From contig JBARXC010000082.1 in the NCBI GenBank assembly GCA_049647125.1, forward strand, positions 26,476 to 90,475: a stretch of 64,000 bases of DNA, in the 5' to 3' direction. The DNA is from a bacterium (GTDB taxonomy: Bacteria > Hydrothermota > Tepidihabitantia > SM23-42). Positions within the stretch are counted from its first letter, which is position 1. Every line of letters starts with the position of its first letter. The position numbers and the translations under genes were made by a program. Positions 1 through 8,832 of this stretch are shown here, in pieces. The notes beneath the pieces were generated by a model. That model was not told where the DNA came from and did no database searches. It saw nothing but the letters and a program-made list of their open reading frames with translations.

Positions 1-217
1 TTTTCATGCTATATTATATTCGAAATCGAGTCACGGTCAAGAATGTTTAGAGCGTTAATATCGTTTAGACCGTTATGATCGTTTTTTTCGCTTTACGCAC
101 TACACTTTGGTTTTTCACAGATTTTTCACGATTATCCTGTATAATACGACATAAAAGTGCAAAGATATTGACAATAGATGATCTGTGCACTATTATGAAG
201 TGGAGGAATATTAAGAT

Positions 218-2977
218 ATGAGAGCAATCATGTTTGTATTAATGAGCTTTAGCTATCTACTATTTAGTGCTGATACCGGAATAATCACTGGCCGGGTCAT
301 GGATTCTGAAACTGGCAAACCAGTGATTGGCGCTGATGTTTATTTGCCGGGCAGTGAATTGGGTGCTGCGACTGACCAAAACGGCGAGTATTTTATTTTA
401 CATATTCCAGCAGGAACATACCAGGTTATCGCTGCTTATATCGGTTATCATGAGTTTACTTATGATAGTATCACGGTAAATGCTCAAGATACAATACATC
501 TGAATTTCCTTTTGCAGCCGCCTAAAATAGTTACGTCATTGGATAATCGCGTACCATCACTCTTCCTATCTTATGACCAGACGCAGAATATCTCTCATCT
601 TTTTTTCACTGAACCAATTTATAGATACAGAACTGATCACGAGGGCATTGCATACCGGCCTTTTACAACCCTGCAGCAGCTGCTTGCACTTCAGCCCAGT
701 ATTGTTCAGAGTGATTCAGGTATGCATCTACGCGGCGGCAAACATAATGAAACTGTCTATTATGTAGATGGTATGGAGATGAGAGTACCCAACTTTGGCT
801 GGCAATCGGCTCGTATAAGCCCTTCAGCTACGGATATGATTTCTATTATCAAGGGTGGTCTCAATGCTGAATATGGCAATGCACTGTCCGGGATCGTTAA
901 TATAACTACTAAACAAGGTAGAGTAAAACACCATGGTAATTTGCATTATTTAACTGACGAAGTTTTTACGAACAGCAAACTGAACTCCGGGTACAACAAA
1001 TACGATTTCTCGCTCAGTGGGCCTATTATGAAAAGACTATGCTATTTCATTTCTGGTGAAGTCTTGTTCACTGATGCAGATCAGACCGCTTTGTATAAAG
1101 TATCCTCACCGCGTAATGACTATCAAACACATGTCGGATTGATTTATTTGCTCCCTAATACCCGGGGTAGGATAACGATATCCGGCTTTAAATCACGGGA
1201 ACAGCACATGATGTGGAAACCATCCTGCAATGACACGCTGAAAGAGCTGATATATCTCTTTGACCGACCAATGAACCGGAGTAAAACCTGGATCGCTTCG
1301 GCGAAATTTTGGTATATGCTAAGTCCAAAGACACTAATTAACTTACTTGTCGGAACCACCCATTTTGACCGTGTTTATGGAAGCCGGGATCTTATCTGGG
1401 AAGATCAGAACGATCAAAAATGGTTTAATGACTATCGGCTCAAAAATGAATATCTCATTGCCTATCTCTTATCAGACACAATAACTGTTAGGGATATTTT
1501 ACTCGACAGCATGGATATTAATGAGGCAAGCAGCCGCTCTTTTCATAAAGATCCATATGGCATCAAAGGTCTATTCGCATATGTCGAAGAATTTCCCGTG
1601 TGGTCATTCTGGCATAATAATGATATTCAAATACGGGGTAATGTGGTCCATAGCATAGGTAAATATCACGAAATAAAGACAGGGTTTGATTATGTCAAGT
1701 ATGACATAAGGTACTACAATAGAAAATCGCCTCCCTTTAGTCCTTATCTATATGATTTCAGATATTACGAACGAAGCCCCTATAAACTGACAGGTTATTT
1801 GCAGGGCAAAATAAACCTTGTGGATATTATTGCGAACCTGGGTATTAGATTTGATCTGTTCGATGCGAATACTTTTACATATTACTTTCCTTTTGATTCT
1901 TGGAATGACACTCTCGCCAATTCTAAACCAATAGTTTCCGTATCACCGAGATTCGGTGTTTCCCTACCCGTCACGGGCAGGATGAGATTCCGCTTTAATT
2001 ATGGTCATTACTATCAAATCCCTCCATTTGATTATTTGTATAATACAAGTGATACTGCTGTTATTAGACTATTATTATCCAACGGTGAAAGTGCCTTCAG
2101 TAATATTTCGATTAGACCAGAAAAAATGGTTTTGTATGAATTCGGCTTTGAAAAAATATATAGAGACAATATTCTGTTCAGCTTCAATGCTTATTATAAA
2201 GATTATGATAACCTTTTACAACTAAGAAAGGTCCAGGCATTACCAGACCCTTACTTTCAGTACTTTAATGACGGACACAGTACTGTTAAGGGTATCGAAC
2301 TAATGGTCAAAAAAAGACTGCCAAAGACAATTAATTTCGGGATCGCATATACCTTACAGTATGCTAAAGGCGCGAGCGCCTGGGCGCATGCAGATTATTA
2401 TACATCAGATATTGAACCACCAGTAATCAACTACTGGCTTGATCATGATGAAAGACATAATATCGCAGCGAATATTGATTTTGTAATACCCAAGGATTTC
2501 TCTTTGTCACCGTTCCGGAATCTGACAAATTCAATCATCTTCTCTTATCATTCAGGTCATCCATATACACCGGAAGATCTAACTGGTGAACGATTAGCTA
2601 ATGTAAATACACTACGTATGCCTGATTACTGGAATGTCGACTGGGAAATCAACCGCCGCTTGCATATCGGTCCGGCCAAATTCGTATTGTCGTGTTTGAT
2701 AAATAATCTGTTCAATACTGAGCAGATAATAAAAGTGTATCCTACAACTGGCAAACCCGATGACCATGGTGATCCCGTACCATCGCTCGATCAATTCGAT
2801 TATGTCCCAATAACGAGTCCATATTATTCACCCCAAGCAGATTATGATCACGATGGTCTTATCACACCCCCAGAATTCCAATGCGCATATACTGCAGCAA
2901 TAAATGATTACTACTCAGATCCCACACATTATAATACTGGATTCCGAATGAAGTTGGGTATTGGGATAGAATTCTAG
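218..2977 (+). CDS. TonB-dependent outer-membrane receptor with N-terminal carboxypeptidase-regulatory-like domain
   Basis: 919-aa ORF with hydrophobic N-terminus. CarboxypepD_reg-like GIITGRVMDSETGKPVIGADVYL...NGEYFILHIPAGTYQV. Plug-like MHLRGGKHNETVYYVDGMEM. Ends GIGIEF (aromatic C-terminal residue typical of OMP barrels). GGAGG lies 11 nt upstream of the ATG. Confidence 0.8.
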   Translation: MRAIMFVLMSFSYLLFSADTGIITGRVMDSETGKPVIGADVYLPGSELGAATDQNGEYFILHIPAGTYQVIAAYIGYHEFTYDSITVNAQDTIHLNFLLQPPKIVTSLDNRVPSLFLSYDQTQNISHLFFTEPIYRYRTDHEGIAYRPFTTLQQLLALQPSIVQSDSGMHLRGGKHNETVYYVDGMEMRVPNFGWQSARISPSATDMISIIKGGLNAEYGNALSGIVNITTKQGRVKHHGNLHYLTDEVFTNSKLNSGYNKYDFSLSGPIMKRLCYFISGEVLFTDADQTALYKVSSPRNDYQTHVGLIYLLPNTRGRITISGFKSREQHMMWKPSCNDTLKELIYLFDRPMNRSKTWIASAKFWYMLSPKTLINLLVGTTHFDRVYGSRDLIWEDQNDQKWFNDYRLKNEYLIAYLLSDTITVRDILLDSMDINEASSRSFHKDPYGIKGLFAYVEEFPVWSFWHNNDIQIRGNVVHSIGKYHEIKTGFDYVKYDIRYYNRKSPPFSPYLYDFRYYERSPYKLTGYLQGKINLVDIIANLGIRFDLFDANTFTYYFPFDSWNDTLANSKPIVSVSPRFGVSLPVTGRMRFRFNYGHYYQIPPFDYLYNTSDTAVIRLLLSNGESAFSNISIRPEKMVLYEFGFEKIYRDNILFSFNAYYKDYDNLLQLRKVQALPDPYFQYFNDGHSTVKGIELMVKKRLPKTINFGIAYTLQYAKGASAWAHADYYTSDIEPPVINYWLDHDERHNIAANIDFVIPKDFSLSPFRNLTNSIIFSYHSGHPYTPEDLTGERLANVNTLRMPDYWNVDWEINRRLHIGPAKFVLSCLINNLFNTEQIIKVYPTTGKPDDHGDPVPSLDQFDYVPITSPYYSPQADYDHDGLITPPEFQCAYTAAINDYYSDPTHYNTGFRMKLGIGIEF

Positions 2978-3068
2978 TCAAGAATCCTGAAAACCAAAGT
3001 CCCGCATCCGAGCTCAATAACTACTTTTACTATATTGACTCTCACAATTTTTTGATTATCATACGTAT

Positions 3069-3515
3069 GTGAATACAACCCCCACTGAAGAACGCCGGAA
3101 AAAAGGTCCATATGTTGTTATTGAATGTCCTGAAAAGATCCCCTGCGATCCATGTGTCGGGGCTTGTCCTCAGGGTGCGATTTCAATCCCGGGCTCAATG
3201 ATTGAATTACCCCAGGTCGATTATAAAAAGTGTACCGGGTGTCTATTGTGTATACCGAAATGTCCTGGACTTGCGATCTTTGTCATCGATGAAACACCTG
3301 AAGATCATTCGATTATCTATATCCCCTATGAACTACTTCCTAGACCTAAAAAAGGCGACCAAGTCCTTGCGCTTGATCGAGGAGGCAAAGAACAGGGTAA
3401 AGCAACGATCACAAAAGTTATAGACTCACCAAAGTTTGATCACTGTGCAGTAATCGGTTTCTCAGTACCCAAACAACTTGTCAATAATATCCGCTTTATC
3501 AAGTTCAGGCAATAA
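3069..3515 (+). CDS. 4Fe-4S dicluster (ferredoxin-type) domain protein
   Basis: 148 aa with a GTG start. Two Cys clusters, CDPCVGACP and CTGCLLCIPKCP, typical of 2x[4Fe-4S] ferredoxin folds. The C-terminal ~70 aa are unassigned. Confidence 0.7.
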   Translation: MNTTPTEERRKKGPYVVIECPEKIPCDPCVGACPQGAISIPGSMIELPQVDYKKCTGCLLCIPKCPGLAIFVIDETPEDHSIIYIPYELLPRPKKGDQVLALDRGGKEQGKATITKVIDSPKFDHCAVIGFSVPKQLVNNIRFIKFRQ

Positions 3516-3555
3516 ACTATAGCTATGTAGTATTGTCAAAAAAAAAGGAGATTGC

Positions 3556-5127
3556 ATGGTTAAGAAACTACTATTTCTTTATATGATTCTGTGTATTATG
3601 TTATTTGCTGATACATATCTTGTAAGGGTCAATCTTGATGGAACAAGGCTTAAGCCGTTTATCAAGACAGACATTGCGGTTCTTGCCGAGCTCGAGCATA
3701 CAGCAATCCTCCTCGTTGATGAGGAGGAATTAGACGTGATTTCAAATATGTCGTTTGAAGTACTCGATGAAAACCCAAGTGAAGGCGATTACTATCTCGT
3801 TCGCCAGGTTGATGAAACAATCGATCTCGATCTTTACGGTGATATCCTGTTCAGTGAAAATATGGATTATCTTCTCAGAATCGATCACGCAGTATTCGAA
3901 GAACTGATCAAACAAAAGGTTCAGGTCAAACAACTATTTCTGCGACCTATTATCCTCAGTGACAAAACCCTGCAGCCTGAAATACTGGCTGACGCGACGG
4001 TCCAGGAGATCGTCGATCTCGTTGATGCAGACACAATACTCGCTGATGTACAGCGGTTTCAGGATTTTGTATCGAGATATTCAACCTATGATTCCTGTTT
4101 TTCGGCAGCAGATTGGATCGCAGATAAATTCAATGCCTATGGTCTGGATTCAGTATACTTTCAAAACCATACCAGTGGACACGCGCCCAATGTCATAGGT
4201 GTGAAACATGGTGTGCTCTACCCGAATTCTATATATGTAGTTGTTTGCGGGCACTATGATGCGACCTCTTATATGGCGCCGGAAATAGCACCGGGTGCTG
4301 ATGATAATGCCAGCGGAACAATCGCAGCAATTGAAGCAGCGCGTGTTATGCAAAACTATGCTTTCGAATATTCTATCCGGTTTATGGCTTTTTCCGGTGA
4401 AGAATTCGGTCTTTATGGCAGTGAGTACTATGCTCAACAGGCTTATACACAGGGTGACAGCATGCGCGGCGTCTTCAATGCTGATATGATCGCGTATTCT
4501 GATGCGCAGCCTGAAGACCTTGAGGTTATCGGTAAAATATCAAACCCTTCATGCGATTGGCTTGCTGACTTTTTTATTGCCGCAGCTGATACGTACACTA
4601 CACTTCCTACGAGCAAGCACTTAACGAGTAACTGGATACCTTCTGACAATCAATCATTCCTTGATTACGGCTATGCCGCATTACTCGGTATCGAAGACTA
4701 CGGAGTGACAAATCCCTGGTACCATTCACCGGGTGATACGATCGGATCTGGCTATAATGATAACGCTTTCTGCACCGAGGTAATAAAAGCACATGTCGCC
4801 GCAGTGGCAATTATGGCGGTACCCTATGATGTAGGAACCGAGGAGGCGACCAAGGTTAAACGGGTAATCCCAAAACTCAGCATTTACCCCACGGTGCACG
4901 GTTCACAATTCACAATTGTCTTTGATGGACATGATCCATTCATTGCTATCTACAATGCTACAGGTCATTGCGTTAAACAATTTAACCATTTAAGCGATCA
5001 AGCATTTAATCACATTGTTTGGTATGGCAAGGATAACTTTGATCAGAAGCTTCCGACCGGAGTCTACTTTGTAAAAGTCGAAACAAACGGACTCTCTCAA
5101 GTCGAAAAAGTAGTTCTGATCAAATAA
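3556..5127 (+). CDS. M28-family metallo-aminopeptidase with T9SS (Por) C-terminal sorting domain
   Basis: Signal peptide. M28 metal-ligand motifs CGHYDA, GADDNASG, FSGEEFGLYGS, FNADMI. C-terminal ~80 aa (LSIYPTV...GVYFVKVETNGLSQVEKVVLIK) look like a Por secretion tail. AGGAG SD. Confidence 0.8.
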   Translation: MVKKLLFLYMILCIMLFADTYLVRVNLDGTRLKPFIKTDIAVLAELEHTAILLVDEEELDVISNMSFEVLDENPSEGDYYLVRQVDETIDLDLYGDILFSENMDYLLRIDHAVFEELIKQKVQVKQLFLRPIILSDKTLQPEILADATVQEIVDLVDADTILADVQRFQDFVSRYSTYDSCFSAADWIADKFNAYGLDSVYFQNHTSGHAPNVIGVKHGVLYPNSIYVVVCGHYDATSYMAPEIAPGADDNASGTIAAIEAARVMQNYAFEYSIRFMAFSGEEFGLYGSEYYAQQAYTQGDSMRGVFNADMIAYSDAQPEDLEVIGKISNPSCDWLADFFIAAADTYTTLPTSKHLTSNWIPSDNQSFLDYGYAALLGIEDYGVTNPWYHSPGDTIGSGYNDNAFCTEVIKAHVAAVAIMAVPYDVGTEEATKVKRVIPKLSIYPTVHGSQFTIVFDGHDPFIAIYNATGHCVKQFNHLSDQAFNHIVWYGKDNFDQKLPTGVYFVKVETNGLSQVEKVVLIK

Positions 5128-5222
5128 ATCACCAAACATATATGTCAATCAGCGAAAGGTAATAAATATGCCTTGTCGACGACAGTAATCGCAGTAGCAA
5201 TGTTCATACAAGCAATATTTAA

Positions 5223-7067
5223 ATGAAAAAAGAACTAAAGAAAGATCTGAATTTTCTGGATGTTTTCTGTGTTGCTACCGGAGCAATGATAAGTTCTGGA
5301 TTATTTATTCTTCCCGGATTAGCTTTTGCTAAAGCAGGCCCAGCCGCTATACTTTCATATGTAATAGCAGGAATATTTTGTATCCCTACTCTTTTGAGTA
5401 TGGCAGAATTAACTACTGCAATGCCTAAAGCCGGTGGAGACTATTTCTATATCATGCGAGGATTTGGTCCTCTTTTAGGAACGGTAGCAGGATTTTCTAC
5501 GTGGTTTTCTTTAAGTTTAAAGGGAGCATTTGCCCTGATAGGTATGGGAGCTTATTTAAGCATAATCACTAATATACCCTTACAGATCATTGCCCTGATT
5601 TGTTGTCTATTTTTTATCATCTTGAATCTAATAGGTGTAAAAGAAGCTGGCAGATTTCAGGTGTTTTTGGTTTTAGGACTCATAGGTATCCTTTTGGTCT
5701 ATATAATCTGGGGTTCAAAGACAATTAATTCGTCGAATTTCACACCATTCTTTTCTAAAGGATTAGGTTCTATGTTTGCTACGGCAAGCTTTGTATTTAT
5801 TTCTTATGGTGGTTTAACTAAAGTCGCGGCATTGGCTGAAGAAACAAAAAATCCTGGTAAAAATTTACCATTAGGTATGATTCTATCTATTGTCGTAACT
5901 GCCATTTTATATGCTGCAGTGATTTTTGTCACAATTGGGGTATTAAATCCTGCAAACCTAACACAAACCCTAACTCCTATATCTGATAGTGCTGGTGTTT
6001 TTGGAGGCGATCTTTTAAAAATTGTAATAAGCATAGGTGCATTCTTGGCCTTTATTTCCACTGCCAATGCAGGAATAATGACAGCATCCCGGTACCCCTT
6101 AGGGATGAGTAGAGACAAACTTTTACCAGTCAATTTTCGAAAAATAAGTTCTAACTTTAAAACTCCTTATGTTTCTATCCTTTTTACTGGTACTTTTATG
6201 ATTTTAGCCATTTTGTTCTTAAGACTGGAATTGTTGGTTAAAATGGCTTCCAGTGTGCTAATCCTACTGTATATTTTTGCTAATCTAACCTTGATTTTGT
6301 TCAGGGAAAGTAAAATCCTTAGCTACAAGCCAAAATTTCGTGCTTCGTTCTATCCTTATCTGCAAATTTTAGGCATTTTAGGTGGATTTTTTCTTTTGAT
6401 AGAGACGGGAACATTAATTGTTTTCATGACTCTGATTTTTCTCTTATTAGGACTTCTCTGGTATAGAATCTATGCACAGAAAAGAGCTGCTCAGGATTCC
6501 GCTCTTATATATGTTTTAGAAAAATTGATTGCTCGTGATAAAGATTTAGCATCAGATAGCCTTCTCACGGAATTAAAAGATATCATTTTTCAACGAGATG
6601 AAATTGAAGTCGATAGGTTCCATAGACTGATTGAGGAAAGTATGCTTTTAGATATAGAAAAGCCTCTTAAGATGGAAGATTTCTTTAAAGAAATTTCGGA
6701 TGTCTTGAGTAAAGATTTGAATTTAAGGTCTGAGGAGTTATTCAAGAAATTTATTGAGAGAGAAAAACTAACAAGCACAGTTGTAAGGAATGGGTTGGCT
6801 ATTCCTCATATTGTTGTTCCGAAAAAAGATTATTTCAAAATCGTTCTCGTGAGAGCAAAAACAGGGATTATATTCCCTGGTGATAAATTGGTTCATATTG
6901 CATTTGTTCTTGTAGGTTCTTCTGGCGAACGGAGTCTACATTTAAAAGATTTAGCTGCCATTGCTCAAATTACGCAGAATCCTGAATTCGACAAAAAATG
7001 GATAGAAGCAAGAGATAAAGAGGAACTGAGGAACATTGTTCTTTTGGCTGAAAGAAAACGCAGTTGA
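5223..7067 (+). CDS. APC-superfamily amino-acid permease fused to a C-terminal PTS EIIA type-2-like domain
   Basis: About 12 predicted TM helices. APC signature AELTTAMPKAGGDYFY. The C-terminal ~150 aa contain GLAIPHIVVP (EIIA-2/PtsN-like His site). Confidence 0.75.
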   Translation: MKKELKKDLNFLDVFCVATGAMISSGLFILPGLAFAKAGPAAILSYVIAGIFCIPTLLSMAELTTAMPKAGGDYFYIMRGFGPLLGTVAGFSTWFSLSLKGAFALIGMGAYLSIITNIPLQIIALICCLFFIILNLIGVKEAGRFQVFLVLGLIGILLVYIIWGSKTINSSNFTPFFSKGLGSMFATASFVFISYGGLTKVAALAEETKNPGKNLPLGMILSIVVTAILYAAVIFVTIGVLNPANLTQTLTPISDSAGVFGGDLLKIVISIGAFLAFISTANAGIMTASRYPLGMSRDKLLPVNFRKISSNFKTPYVSILFTGTFMILAILFLRLELLVKMASSVLILLYIFANLTLILFRESKILSYKPKFRASFYPYLQILGILGGFFLLIETGTLIVFMTLIFLLLGLLWYRIYAQKRAAQDSALIYVLEKLIARDKDLASDSLLTELKDIIFQRDEIEVDRFHRLIEESMLLDIEKPLKMEDFFKEISDVLSKDLNLRSEELFKKFIEREKLTSTVVRNGLAIPHIVVPKKDYFKIVLVRAKTGIIFPGDKLVHIAFVLVGSSGERSLHLKDLAAIAQITQNPEFDKKWIEARDKEELRNIVLLAERKRS

Positions 7068-7126
7068 AAATATTAAGCAAATTGAAAGTCGGGTGGTAGC
7101 AGGCTGACCCCATTTCCTCTTCCAGA

Positions 7127-7156
7127 GGGGTGAGGGAAATACCCTCGCCCCCTTTT
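7127..7156 (+). terminator. Rho-independent terminator candidate downstream of the permease-EIIA gene
   Basis: 10-bp stem ggggtgaggg/ccctcgcccc (one G-U pair), loop aaata, followed by cTTTTgt. Lies 60 nt after the stop at 7067. Confidence 0.55.
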
Positions 7157-7163
7157 GTCGTAT

Positions 7164-7658
7164 CTATTGACAACCTCCGCAACCCTTTGAACCAGAGCCG
7201 CAGCCTTTACCAGATCCACCGCCATCATGCATTCCAAGTCCAAAACACCCTTTTCCCATCATCTTCCTCTGTTCTGGGGTAAGAAGTTGGTGTATTGCCA
7301 GCCGGTGACCCACCATCTTTTCCTGGAGTTTTGCCTTTAGTGCGCTGATTTCTTTTGTTCTAACAAGGATTTTTTTTGCATCCAGATTTTCTTCCTGCCA
7401 TAATTCCTGAAGTTCCATTTTTTTTATCTTCATTTCAGTCTTTATGGGATCGATCTCTCTCAACAAGTCTTTCTTTAGCTTAGTCATTTCCTTTTGCTGT
7501 TCCGCGCTTAAGTTTAACATCATTTTGCCCTGCTTACCTTTCCCCTCTTTTGGACAATCGCCCATCGTATGACCTTGTTGTTGGGCCAAGCCAACACTGA
7601 ATATTACAAGGACTAAAACAAAAATAGAAATGGGCATGGTGGTTAGTTTTCTTATCAT
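7164..7658 (-). CDS. Spy/CpxP/ZraP-family periplasmic chaperone-like protein with Gly/Cys-rich C-terminal tail
   Basis: Signal/anchor sequence. Two LTXXQ-type motifs (LSAEQQ, LTPEQRK). Tail GGGSGKGCGSGSKGCGGCQ resembles the Gly/Cys/His tail of E. coli ZraP. AGGAG SD. Confidence 0.7.
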   Translation of the reverse strand: MIRKLTTMPISIFVLVLVIFSVGLAQQQGHTMGDCPKEGKGKQGKMMLNLSAEQQKEMTKLKKDLLREIDPIKTEMKIKKMELQELWQEENLDAKKILVRTKEISALKAKLQEKMVGHRLAIHQLLTPEQRKMMGKGCFGLGMHDGGGSGKGCGSGSKGCGGCQ

Positions 7659-7668
7659 CTTGTCTCCT

Positions 7669-7854
7669 CTATTTCTTCTGTTGTTCTTCTTTTATTATTT
7701 CATCAACTGCTTTGATTTCACTAGTCAGCTCTTTCTTATACTTCTCAAGTCGGGCAATCCTCTCTTCCCGGCTCATAAACCGACGATGATGACCTTCACA
7801 ACAACATCCCATAATTCCGGGAAAGTTGTGATGATAGGCTGTACTTTTACACAT
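7669..7854 (-). CDS. Small Cys/His-rich protein with C-terminal coiled coil (hypothetical)
   Basis: 61 aa: MCKSTAYHHNFPGIMGCCCEGHHRRF followed by a charged helix (REERIARLEKYKKELTSEIKAVDEIIKEE). AAGGAG SD 7 nt upstream. Tightly packed between neighbours (3-nt and 10-nt gaps). Confidence 0.5.
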   Translation of the reverse strand: MCKSTAYHHNFPGIMGCCCEGHHRRFMSREERIARLEKYKKELTSEIKAVDEIIKEEQQKK

Positions 7855-7857
7855 ATT

Positions 7858-8328
7858 CTATCTCCTTTCACATTCCTTATAAAAATTATGATTCTCTCTC
7901 GGGCATAGTCCTCTTTCCAGATGGCAGTAAAATTGCACCCGCTGTTCTTCGTTTAGCACGCCTTTGACGTCATTCATATGTACAACAACAGTTTTCTCAA
8001 GGTTATACTGAAGATGAACGATTTCAGATAACAGACTGTCCAGCCTGTCTTCATCAAGCGTTTCTCCTTTTTGCAAGATCAGCAACTCCCGCCGTTTTTC
8101 TAGTAGCTCCTTTTTTATCGGGAGAAGTTTTTCTTGCATTTCATTACGCTTTTCTTCTAAGATATCAATCTGTTCAGGGGTCAAATCGAATTGCTCGCGA
8201 ATCGTGCTCTGATGCCAACCGCATCCAGGCTGTCTTATCCCCCGTATATTCAAGCCAATAGTCAGAATCATCCCGAGATTGAATCCCATAGATACAACAA
8301 GCGCAATAATCAAGATTCTTGTCTTCAT
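7858..8328 (-). CDS. Membrane-anchored periplasmic heavy-metal-sensor-like (LTXXQ/Metal_resist-type) protein
   Basis: One N-terminal TM. DLTPEQIDILEEKR and LNEEQRVQF motifs. C-terminus CHLERGLCPRENHNFYKECERR is rich in Cys and His. 4-nt ATGA overlap with the anti-sigma gene. Confidence 0.6.
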   Translation of the reverse strand: MKTRILIIALVVSMGFNLGMILTIGLNIRGIRQPGCGWHQSTIREQFDLTPEQIDILEEKRNEMQEKLLPIKKELLEKRRELLILQKGETLDEDRLDSLLSEIVHLQYNLEKTVVVHMNDVKGVLNEEQRVQFYCHLERGLCPRENHNFYKECERR

Positions 8329-8783
8329 TTTGTTTCTCCGCTTATCATGCTATTATAGATGTCAGGAAACGACGTCGCAGGTGCATCATCGAATACAGTT
8401 AGGTTTAAAGTAAGCTTCAATGCTGCTGACTCTTCTTCAGAATATTGAGGCTCAAGACGCTGGACTATAAAGCTACTAATAAAACCCGAAACAAGAAATA
8501 CGAACGAGAACAATGCGGGAACAAGCACTGGCTTGAACCTTCGCATGATAACTCGTTGAGGCTCTCGTTCGTGGATCTTTTGCCTGATGCGCGAGAAAAG
8601 ATATAAAGGAGCAGAAATCTCTTCAGGTACTTCAATTGAGTTGAGGATTGAATATAAGGCTTCATATTCATGCTGGCAATCTTGGCAGACCTTCAAGTGT
8701 TTTAAGAAGTCAGCCTTCTTATCACCACCCAATTCGCCATCAAGATACCTCGATATATGCTTTTTCGCCTTAGTGCATTTCAT
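8325..8783 (-). CDS. Anti-sigma factor, zf-HC2 type
   Basis: N-terminal HLKVCQDCQHEYEAL (H-x3-C-x2-C), a single TM (PVLVPALFSFVFLVSGFISSFIV), and a position directly downstream of the ECF sigma gene. Confidence 0.75.
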   Translation of the reverse strand: MKCTKAKKHISRYLDGELGGDKKADFLKHLKVCQDCQHEYEALYSILNSIEVPEEISAPLYLFSRIRQKIHEREPQRVIMRRFKPVLVPALFSFVFLVSGFISSFIVQRLEPQYSEEESAALKLTLNLTVFDDAPATSFPDIYNSMISGETK

Positions 8784-8832
8784 ATCTGTTCTCCTATACT
8801 ATTAGATACCTTTCGTCGGCAAAAACCTGCGG

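Noticed and set aside
5223-7067. Apparent lower GC (two 60-nt lines counted by hand: 32% and 40%) as a sign of horizontal transfer
   Set aside because: The gene encodes a Phe/Ile/Leu-rich polytopic membrane protein, which biases toward AT. No flanking mobility genes or repeats are present. The sample is too small to support a claim.
7630-7908. 92-aa plus-strand ORF
   Set aside because: It is antisense to three tightly packed minus-strand genes that have good SDs. This is a shadow ORF.
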